Under the pieces are notes generated by a model. The model worked only from the letters and a program-made list of their open reading frames with translations. It was not told the DNA's origin and did not search any database. The position numbers and the translations under genes were made by a program. DNA of 64,000 nucleotides from Candidatus Poribacteria bacterium (GTDB lineage: Bacteria > Poribacteria > WGA-4E > WGA-3G): positions 2,560,001 to 2,624,000 of the forward strand of contig OZ244048.1 of assembly GCA_965215265.1 (NCBI GenBank). Reading direction: 5' to 3'. This document shows positions 28,989 to 38,700 of this stretch, piece by piece (the stretch's first letter is position 1; each line of letters opens with the position of its first letter).

Positions 28989-30125
28989 TTAATGGCATTG
29001 AATACTGAGTGCGACTTGTTGTGCGACGTGCATAACATCCGTTTTTCCGATGGCTTGGATAACATAGATTCGGTTTGCTAGATGACAGTGCCATAGATGA
29101 AACGCAAGGGTTGTCCGTTTAGAGAGTTTATCTAGGGCGAGTACCGGTGTAAGCGGTACCCCATCGTAGAAGCGTGTCTCTTGTCCTATGAGGGTTAAGC
29201 GTTCATCGTCAGTTCCGGTGTGTGGGATAACCTCAAATCCGTAGCCACGAATCGCTTTTGCGTATTTTGTGCGAAACCATGCTTCCAACGGTCTAGGTTC
29301 TGCTGTGTAATCGCTGAGGACGAGTTCGGCGGGTCCGTAGCGTTCAATGCTGAGTCGCTGCCGTTCGGGCATGAGGCGTGCTGCTGACTGCGCATTCGCT
29401 TTTCCGGCGGAACGTACAAAACTGGGTGCCCGTTTGGCGACGAAAGAGAACAACAGGTATCCACTTAGCAGTTTTTGCCGTTCTAATTTGTATTCCTTTG
29501 GGACTGTCATCTGGAGTCCATAAGCGCTCCAGAGTGTGTTTTGCGTGTCAATGCGTTCGGCGATTGATTGGAAGATGCGAAGTACAGTCGGCCGCCAATT
29601 CTCTTTCAGGCGTCCCATGACTTGTACAATGATTATCCGTTTCTTTTGTCTGCGGAGTTTGAGCATTAGTTTTCGGCCTCTGCTCAAATTCTCTCCGTTT
29701 CGCTGCGAGTGTGTGTAGAAAATAAGTCCATTGGCCCGGATGCTGCCTTTCCAGCTAAAGCCGAGGACGGTGCAGTCTTCAAGGAATTCGGGTTCTTTAA
29801 TGAGTGTCACATTTCGTCGGAAGGCGAGGTCAGTGCCTTTTTTGTAAGTCTTGCGAATGAGTTTGAAATATTCGTCGAGCGTTGCATGAAGGTCAGGTTT
29901 CTTGCGTCGCGTTTGTGCCCATTTAATTTCGAGGCGTGGCATCTGATCATCGTCAAGACGGAGGTATCCGTTTCTTTCGTCCCCACTGAGTCCGCTGAGT
30001 TCCCAGTTTTTAGGGATTTCAAGTTGTATGCCCGCCCATCCAAAAAGGGTCCAATCCATTTTTTGTTGTTGCATAGATAGGAATCGGTTATGAAAAATGG
30101 GGTGCATTTTCCATAACCGGTACAT
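28989..30125 (-). CDS. Hypothetical soluble protein with two repeated beta-rich halves
   Basis: 'FGWAGIQLEIPKNWEL' versus 'WSAYGLQMTVPKEYKL' suggests an internal repeat. In operon context. Start uncertain (30125/30107/30074). Confidence 0.75.
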   Translation of the reverse strand: MYRLWKMHPIFHNRFLSMQQQKMDWTLFGWAGIQLEIPKNWELSGLSGDERNGYLRLDDDQMPRLEIKWAQTRRKKPDLHATLDEYFKLIRKTYKKGTDLAFRRNVTLIKEPEFLEDCTVLGFSWKGSIRANGLIFYTHSQRNGENLSRGRKLMLKLRRQKKRIIIVQVMGRLKENWRPTVLRIFQSIAERIDTQNTLWSAYGLQMTVPKEYKLERQKLLSGYLLFSFVAKRAPSFVRSAGKANAQSAARLMPERQRLSIERYGPAELVLSDYTAEPRPLEAWFRTKYAKAIRGYGFEVIPHTGTDDERLTLIGQETRFYDGVPLTPVLALDKLSKRTTLAFHLWHCHLANRIYVIQAIGKTDVMHVAQQVALSIQCH

Positions 30126-30128
30126 CCT

Positions 30129-32117
30129 CTAAAACGGTTTGACAATAACGGCTTTGGAAACGAGTGCAATTGCGACGGTTCCCATGCCTATCAAGCCGAC
30201 GCCACATGCGAATCCTGCAGCGAGTACTGGATTGAACATATACCAGCGTCGCATTCCAAACCGCTTAATCATATAAAATCGTCCGATGACAGCGCCGAGC
30301 AGGCGTGTGACCATGCTGCCTGGGTCTGCGCCAATTCCGCCGATGATGCCGTAATACCACATAGAGGGTAGTTTGAACACCCATAGCATGCCGTAGATGG
30401 CGAGACTTGAGGTGAAGCCGGCGGAGACATAATCGCCTCGTATAGCTTGCAGCATCTGGCTATTTCCATCTCGTAGCGAGGTTTTCCAAAGACACTCATT
30501 CGTTGCATTGATCGGCCACATCATCTGTGCGAAGGGGTATTGCGCGCTCGGAATGGGCGCGATTTGCCAGATAAAATGCAGAACGACAATTCCACTGACA
30601 ATCAGAATCGGCATAATTAGCAGTGTGCCGGCGAGATTTGAGGTAAACGTCGTGCCTGTTAATTCCAGTACACGCCAGCTCTGTGTACCCCGCCCGTAAT
30701 CTTCATCAGGCAGCGGTGCGAACCAGATATCAATCTCTTCATACCGGCTTAAAATAAAGGTAATTTCATGCAGATACGGAATTTCAAACAGGTCTCGTCC
30801 GAGTACGCCGAACGTCCGTGCCGTGATATAGGAGTTAATGGGCGTATATAAGAAGGCATAACCGAGTAAGAAGCTGAGTGGGAAGTTAGGGACCATCCAA
30901 TGGATGAGCCAGACAAACCCGCCCATGCCGACAAGCCACATAGCACCCATGAGCCAGATAGGGAAATCCCCTCGGTTCGGTGGTGTTGCAAACGAGCCGC
31001 GTTCGCCTGCACGTTTCTGTGATCTTCGCAGTTTAAAAAGCATCGGAATCGAGGCGGCCATTCCGACGGCTGCGAGACTAAATGATTTGCCTATGCCATA
31101 ACTAATCCAGAAATCGAGTCCATTGAATAGTCCTACGCCTCGGACATCCAAGCCCGGTGTCCATTGATATAAAATTTCGTATCTGTACAGAATGTGTGGG
31201 TTCAAGATAAATTGTGATGCCATCGCGGTTAAGAATTCTGTCATGATAATAGGGAACGGCATGACGAATCCGATGAGCATCTGCCCAAAGTCTGTGCGGA
31301 ACGCGAATACACCGGTGGGTGCGAAGCCCTCAATGCTCTGGGTGAAATCGATCCAGGGTATCTTCAGGATCTCAATCGGTTGGCTCATCATCACCCCGGT
31401 GAGTGATGGCACGCCAATGTAGAGGAATCCCCAGATCAGGCCGGCCATGGAGCCGATAGAGAAGACTTGCCAACGCCAGGTCTCCTCTTTTCCGGTGGTT
31501 TCCGCGAGTGCGGTGGCACCTTGTGCACTAATGGGTGCCATGGGGTATGGTAGCCGCTCGAGATCTGCGGTAAGTCGGAATAAGATGTACTGCCCACTGA
31601 CAAAACGTAGGGTGCCGAGGAGTTTGCCTGCGAGATAAATGCCGATAGGTAAAAACCAGTCTGGGTGTAGGAGGTTGCGCGTCAGTACGCCGACAGAGTC
31701 CCCTGCAGGTACAATCCATGCTGGAATTTTATCTGCGATTTCATAAGATGCCGCTTGCGGTGTGTTGACGAAGTAGGCGTACCAGATAAAATTTCGGTAT
31801 TGCATTCCACTTCCGACTGCGGCGCCGGTTAGGCCGAGGAGCATATAGAGCTCCTGTCGCCGTGCGGTTGTAAAGGAGCGGCGTGCGAGTTCGGTGAATA
31901 GGATGACAGCGACCCATGGTGCGGCTTCGGCTCCGGATTGCCCGGAGACATAACTGAGATAGATGGAGCCGGGCATCATCAGCAATCCGACGAAGAGCGC
32001 ACCGAGGAACACTTTGACCGTTAATCCGGACTCAAAGGTGCGGATGCCGCCTTCAATGTCGTAGCGCTGTGCCCAGGCTTGCCACTCATCTGCTTGTGAT
32101 ACTCTTTCTCTTGCCAA
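30129..32117 (-). CDS. OPT-like polytopic membrane transporter
   Basis: About 16 hydrophobic segments. 'FESGLTVKVFLGALFVG', 'DLERLPYPMAP' resemble the OPT-superfamily pattern. TTG start with AGGAG RBS. Confidence 0.75.
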   Translation of the reverse strand: MARERVSQADEWQAWAQRYDIEGGIRTFESGLTVKVFLGALFVGLLMMPGSIYLSYVSGQSGAEAAPWVAVILFTELARRSFTTARRQELYMLLGLTGAAVGSGMQYRNFIWYAYFVNTPQAASYEIADKIPAWIVPAGDSVGVLTRNLLHPDWFLPIGIYLAGKLLGTLRFVSGQYILFRLTADLERLPYPMAPISAQGATALAETTGKEETWRWQVFSIGSMAGLIWGFLYIGVPSLTGVMMSQPIEILKIPWIDFTQSIEGFAPTGVFAFRTDFGQMLIGFVMPFPIIMTEFLTAMASQFILNPHILYRYEILYQWTPGLDVRGVGLFNGLDFWISYGIGKSFSLAAVGMAASIPMLFKLRRSQKRAGERGSFATPPNRGDFPIWLMGAMWLVGMGGFVWLIHWMVPNFPLSFLLGYAFLYTPINSYITARTFGVLGRDLFEIPYLHEITFILSRYEEIDIWFAPLPDEDYGRGTQSWRVLELTGTTFTSNLAGTLLIMPILIVSGIVVLHFIWQIAPIPSAQYPFAQMMWPINATNECLWKTSLRDGNSQMLQAIRGDYVSAGFTSSLAIYGMLWVFKLPSMWYYGIIGGIGADPGSMVTRLLGAVIGRFYMIKRFGMRRWYMFNPVLAAGFACGVGLIGMGTVAIALVSKAVIVKPF

Positions 32118-32216
32118 ATTGAATCTTCTCCTTTTGTATTGATTCTCAGAGACGTTTGTGGTATCAAACTCTCAACTTCAGACATGTCGCTCGACTCCGA
32201 CTTTCGCGGAGTCAAG

Positions 32217-32408
32217 TTATTCATCGTCTGAGTCCTCTGAGTTTTCTCCAGTATCCCGTAATTCTTCCCAAAAATGGGCGCAGAAGATGCCGATGGTTAG
32301 CACCAGTGCAGATAACATCTGCCACTGCCAACGGCCCCCAAGCACGAGAATGCTGAAGAGCCACAGCCCGGTCCCAAGAATGATAATAGCACTTGCAAGT
32401 TTTTCCAT
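32217..32408 (-). CDS. Small 2-TM membrane protein with acidic tail
   Basis: GGAGA RBS before ATG. Two hydrophobic helices and the tail 'EELRDTGENSEDSDDE'. Confidence 0.6.
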   Translation of the reverse strand: MEKLASAIIILGTGLWLFSILVLGGRWQWQMLSALVLTIGIFCAHFWEELRDTGENSEDSDDE

Positions 32409-32468
32409 TTTTTGTATATCTCCGTACTGTAATTCGTATATCTCCGTAGTGTAAAAGGTTATGTTCTG

Positions 32469-32673
32469 TTTTTCGTATATCTCCGTACCGTCGATGTCTA
32501 TGCTTTTGCTGGTTCGTGTGTAAATCTCGTCGGAGATTGCTTAGGTAATGTCTTTAAAATTCAAAACACCAAAAGGCTCAGACGAGATTTGTAAAGGATT
32601 TAACAGAGCATCCGCCTTTATTGGGCTCCTGTAGACGAAAGAGCGAGATTTGTAAAGGATTTAATATAGCAGC
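32469..32673. mobile_element. Full inverted pair of the repeat arms (~170-bp MITE-like element) plus a partial extra arm
   Basis: Left arm 32469-32550 (...TGTAAATCTCGTCGGAG). Right arm 32571-32640 (GGCTCAGACGAGATTTGTAAAGG...GTAGACGAAA). Partial repeat CGAGATTTGTAAAGGATTTAA at 32644-32664. Confidence 0.65.
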
Positions 32674-32731
32674 AACTGGCATCGGTTATTCTTTTAGGGC
32701 GGTTAAACCCGCCCTTCCGGTCTATTCAGGA

Positions 32732-35700
32732 TTACCCTGCGGAGGACAACGTCGGATGCAAACCTGTTGTTCCTGATGTCTCTGCAGTGTTCCCGTTTTC
32801 TTCCCGGCCTCGTTCATGGAATTCGGCACGTACATCTACACTGAAAGTTCGCCAAATTAGGAGTTGTTTCCGTAAGAGGTTAAGGAATCGCCGGTTAACC
32901 CGTTTCCAAGAGGCGATCTCGCCACTCTCTCTATGGACATCCAACGTGATTTTATACAGGTCTTCCTCTTCACCGCCGACAGGTGATGTAACGAACTGAA
33001 TAGACTGACTCACCCCTAAGTCATACGGTGCTAACCAGACCATCATGCCGATTTGATATGCATCTTGCTCGGTATCGGTTTGGAAGGCGACCTGATCGGT
33101 GTAGAAATCGCTGGCGGATTCGTCAGCGTGTGCTTCAAAGTAGTCGCGCATAAAAACGTTCAAGCCGAGTGCTTCCTCTGCTAGTACGGTGAATGGCAGG
33201 TTGAAGTGCCACACGTCGCCCTCTGGTTCGGGGAGTTTCCATTTCCGCTCAATATCCGGCACTGCCATCCGTGACGCTTTAATAGCAGGGTACATGGTGC
33301 TGAGTAGGACAACCGCCATAACGATAATCGTTGCGACGACGGTGGACATGGAGGAGTAGTTGAGCGTCAGGCCGGCGAGCCAGCCGAAATTGACGAGGGT
33401 TGTCGCAATAGCTTGCCCCATAAGGTACCCGAGTACGGCACCGACGATTGCGTAGACACACGCCTCTGCCAGGAAGAGGAACGCGATATGAACGGGTGCG
33501 AGTCCGACAGAGCTGTAAATTCCGATTTCGCGTACGCGTTCGTAAACAGCCCCGAGCATGGTGTTGAGTACAATGAGCGCGGCGATGAGAATAGGTACGA
33601 AGAGATTGCCCATCCCGCTGAAGCTAGTCATGCCGATACTGCTATAGAGGTAAGTATCTTTATCGCGTCCGACAAAGAAGTCGAGCGCGATGCGGTTCAT
33701 CAGGGGTGCCATGATGAGATCTAACTTATCGATCGCTCCTAACAACTGCGGGTCATCTTGGCGGGGTTCCATGTTGACGGCGACGCTTCGCAGCGTGCCG
33801 CCTTGGTTCATGACGACTTCGTATGGTAGAACCGCCACGCTGTCCGGTGTAAGATGGAGGTATTTCTGGAGTTCACCTTCCAAGGTTTCGTCGCCGGTAC
33901 CGCCGCGGCTCCGTTGCTGTTGCATTAGCTGATAATCGACCGGTGTGAGTTCTTCGCCGTCGTTATCAGTGAGGTCTTTGAACCCGATGCCGAGTACGCC
34001 GACAACGGTAAAGTCTGCACCGTATACGGACACAGTGGCTTTGCCCATATCGCTTTCGGTAATCTTGAGCAATTCTGCCATTCCTTTGGGGAGCACAATT
34101 GCATAGGGCCATTCCGTGGGCCAGTCGGTGGAATCTTCAGGGGTAAACCATTTTCCGTATTCAAGGTACCGGTCTATACCTGTGACAGCGGGTTCTGCTT
34201 CATTCATGCCAACGAGCATATTGGCTGCAAAGGTTAACGCTTCGCCGGTGAGTGGGTTCGTCGGTGGCGAAGGATCTATGGTATTTGAGGTGCGCGTCAG
34301 TTGGACAAACGACTGGTCGCCGGTGCCAGAGGATTGGTACCAGGCGCGGGGTGCTACAATATTTCGCACGGTTAAGATGGGTTCATCTTCGATTTTCTCA
34401 ATGAAACCGTCCTGTTGCAAAGAGGTGAGTGCCGCGGCGACATCTATGGGTGGCCGGTCTTGCTTGACAAGTTGTTCATTTTTGCGTTCTAGGAGCCGCT
34501 CCAACGCGTCCACGGTGATTTGAGTCTTCTGCATGTCGTTCAGGACGGAAGTTAGCACAGGTTCCTCTAACGGGCGCCAGTACTGGTCTCGGATAAGGAG
34601 TCCGGTGTAACGCGGTGTGACTTGCGGCAAACTGGTGCGGTTCGGATGCATAAACGTCCGGACTGAGGTAAACGAAATCACGGTGAACGTCAGAATCACC
34701 AAGGTACTACAGGTGAGAATCGTCCGCCCTTTCCGTTTCCGCATGTTGGAAATGCCGAGGCTAAATGCTGCGGCACTCGCACTCAGTCTGCCGACATCTG
34801 CTTTGTAGAGTTTGTTGCCTTCCTGCCGAATTTTCTCTAATTGCTCCTCAAATTTTCGGACAATAATACTAATGACGATGACGGTGAGTGCCAATACAAC
34901 AAATGCGATTAAGATAATCACAGGTGTGGTCGTAATCTGGAACGCCGGATGCACCTGACTCAAGAAAAAGAAGACGAGCAGAAAGATGCCGAAGGTCCCT
35001 AAAATCTGTTTGTGAATATTGGGGAATCCGAAGATGAGGCGTTCCATAAAGTAAGCGAACGGCATTAATAGGGCGAGATAGAACATGACACCGTTGACAA
35101 CATCGTTTCCGGTCTGTTTGACATCTGGGTAGGCGCGTGATTCGTAGCCCCAGGCAGCACGCGCGAGCTTGAGCGCCTGCTGATAGTCATTCTGCAGCAG
35201 TTCAGCTTCGGCACGTGCTAAGTATTCATTGGCGAATTGGTGGAGCTTATCGAGCCGGTCGCTGGAGATACCGAACCGTTTGTAAAGGCGCGACCGGTTT
35301 TCATCGAGCCACCACATATCTCGGACGACGACGTAAGGGGTGAGCCGAATCTGCCCATTCTCCCGGACGACGAAGCCTTCACCGGTGTAGAGTGTCGGGT
35401 TCTTCATTCCGCTTTTTGTCGCTTTGATGAGCAAGAGGCGTTTGCCAATCTGGCCGTAAGCCATACCGACTTTGATGCGGGTTTCTGGCTCACTGTAAAC
35501 GAGCGCGATGGGCTCTGCCGCAGAGACACCTTCTTGCTGCCACGGTTTCGACATTCCAAACTTTTCGGGTGGGCTATCAGTGAGCGCATCGTATACTTCC
35601 AACTCGCGCAAAGTACGCAGATACCGCTGATCCACGAGGTCATAGATGGTAGTAGAAACACAAGGGAATGTGACGACTCGACAGCCTCTGCGCCGGGTGT

Positions 35701-38700
35701 TAATAGGTATCTTATTAGGTAGCAGCTTTGCGCCGTAATTGCCGAGGTCTGGTGCGTAGACAATGTCGCCGGAATCGGCATCAAGGATGTATGCCTCGAC
35801 TTCTTGTACGCCGCCGAGTCGTCGTGTAGCTCTGCCTTCCATGGCTAATCCGGCGACTTCAAAATTGCCTTTGTTATCGCCCATGACAAACAGGTCTCCT
35901 CGGACCCCCATCATGGTTTTGTGCTTCCGCCGGAGGGTCAAAATGGGGTATGGCACTGGTTTATTGGGCAGTGCGGATTCGCGTGCGTCAAATTCAACGA
36001 CATCGCCGAAGAGGTTACAATAGAAATTGCCGACACGTGCGGCGGTAGGCATTTCTGGATCTCGGAGTGCCTGCAGGAGCAATGAGGCTAGCGTCTGTGC
36101 CTGCTGATGGAGGTTTCCGTCTTGTCGCAGATCGACGCGGTCGATGGTATCGAGGGGTGTGTCTGTTAAGACGCGTGCATCCTCAATGGTGGCAAAAGCG
36201 ATGCCGGTTTTGCCGACGAGCGTGGCGACTTCGCTGTCAAAGGCGATTTTCCCTGGGATGTAGGTTTTCCACGTTTTGCCGCCACTGGCAGAGATTGCGT
36301 TGATGAAGTTGGATTCGCCGCCAAGCCCGGCAATACCGATGAGTATCTTAATATCCTCTATTTCTTCCTCGCTGAACGTCTCGGGATCTTCGTGTCGTAG
36401 TCGTAACATGGCATTGAGTCGTTCCCGGGTGCGGATATTGTTTTTTCGGTTCTTTTTTGCTGTTCGGACATCGTTTCGGATAAACCGTTCGACCTCTTTT
36501 CGGACATAATCCATATCCTTGAGCAGATCTTCGGAAGGTTCGCCGCGGTTACGCCACTGCTCAAACTGCATTTTCATGAGTCGGCTGACTCCGCTGAGTC
36601 CGGTGAGTTTTGCGTAGTGTGAGCTGAGTAAGGTTTCCAAGGTTTTCCCTTCGAGTGCGGTTTTGTCGGAGATGCCGCCGGCGACGTTCCATTGTTGTGC
36701 CATCACAGCCTGCCGGATCTGGTCATCTGTCCACTGCCAGAGTTTTCGGACACGTACGCCAAAATCTGCGTCCTCGGCATAAGATGCGAGTTTATTCCCG
36801 ATACTGGCAAACTCGCGTCGCAGTACAAATTCCGGCTGCTGGTCGTAGAACCAGCCCTTATTGAACACCCCGAACTGGTTTGATTGCGATGACAAGTCAA
36901 TACTGACATAAAGAGATGTGTAGTAACGGTTAAAGAGGTCTTGTAGAGAGATTGCAGCCTCAATCTGTGTGAGTTTTCGGTAATATTCGTCCGGGTCAAT
37001 GCGTCCCATCTTTTCTATACGACTTTGGATATTGCGGAACCGGGCATTCCGGAGGGTTAGCATGTTATCTCGGAGGAGGACTTTCGTCTCCTCATCTAAA
37101 TCCCCGGTCAGCGTAGGTAGCCGCTCATAGAGGTTGTGGAGTGCAACGATATCAGATTCTGCGCGCTGGGTGACACGTTCAAATAGAGAGGTTTCGGTGA
37201 TATGCGCGGCGATAACCGAACGGACATCAAGCGCCTGCTCGACATCATCCGGTGAGAGATAGTTATTCAGAATGAGTTGCTCTTCGGCTAAGTACTCCCG
37301 TCCTAACGTTTCATGTGTTGCGAGGAGGTTCTGGATACGTATGCGTTCTAATCGTGCATTCCGTAGGGCGATTTCAAAGAGGCTCTGCTTATCCTTCAAG
37401 AGATCGGCGATTAAGATGGTATTGCTTTCCGCGGTGGTGTCTGTATCCTCGGATTCGGTTAATCGTTGTTTGAGTTGTGCGTCCACAGTGTTGAGGCGCT
37501 GCAAGCCGCCTACGGAGAGATACCGGGTGCTGTAGAGCAGAGAATCTGCGGCTGCCCCGAGCGGTGCCTCCTTCAATCTGCGGATACTCGATTTAATCTG
37601 ATCTTCAATCGGTTGGCTGTCTGTGATAGAGCTTGCTATCTTTTCAAGGAGTGCTTTTTCGCGTTGGATGGCGGCTTCAAAAGAGTCAGAGGCATTTCCG
37701 AGTACTTTGCGTGCGGCTTTAGCGCGATTCAACGTGGGCAAATCAAGGTGCCGGTCGAGGATTTTCTCGGGTGTCCACATTAAGGCGAATTTGCGCTTGT
37801 CACTGAGCTCCCAATCTGCGACGGTGTTATTCAGCATTTCAATGTCTGCGACAAGTTCCTGCGGCAAGTCCGGGGGCGGTGGGATGTACCAGTCGGATCC
37901 ACGTTGTTCTGGGATGAGGTAGGCGGTGTTGGGATGTGTCCCGTAACTGGAGCTCTGCTTCGCCTGGTCAATGTCACGGATGAGTTTCTCGACGGCCCAG
38001 GTGTCGAGCCGTGCGATGGGGAGTGCAAGTTTTTCGATCAGGTCACGTTGTGCGATGCGACTGGTGTCTAGCGCGACGGTCCGGATATCTGCTAACCGTT
38101 GTACAATGTCTCGTAGGAAATGGGTAGTTTGAAGTGCCTCTTTCTTTGCCCGGGCTAAGTTGGCGAGGAGTCGGCTTTTTTCTTCACCGGTAAACCCTTG
38201 TTTCTCACGTTTTCTATTCCGGTCAGTCTGCTTTTTCTGGCGTTCGGAGAAATCGCGCTGTTCTTCGTTGAGTAAATCGATCTGCGACCGGGTTTCGGCG
38301 AGTCCATCCAGCGTTATTACCAAGGAGTCTAAATCAGATTTAACAGTGTGGATGCCGTAAAAGAAATCTGCGGGCAAATCGACCAGTACGCTTCGATCGA
38401 TGGAGAGGAGGAGTCTTCTGCCGAGTTCCTCAAATTCAATAATATCGGTGGAAAGTCCGCGTCGGAGTCCGTGCATTGTGGGGGTTCCTGGGGAATCGGT
38501 TGCTCCGCCAACAATATCCTGCCCAATGCCTTCCATGAAGGCGCGCATTCCGGCGAGTCCTTGGAAGTGTGCGTCGATAGCGACGAACAGTACAGAGCGT
38601 CCTGGTCGGTATTCTGGCAAACTGAAGAGGCGTGCGAGCTCAAGTAGCACGGCGATTCCGCCGGTTGGATCTGCGCCGGGTGCCATGGCAGGGACGATGG

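Noticed and set aside
32571-32640. Hammerhead ribozyme in the dispersed repeat (CnGACGAG...CGAAA)
   Set aside because: The core CUGA varies among copies (CAGA, CCGA), GAAA is not kept in all, and stem II does not pair convincingly.
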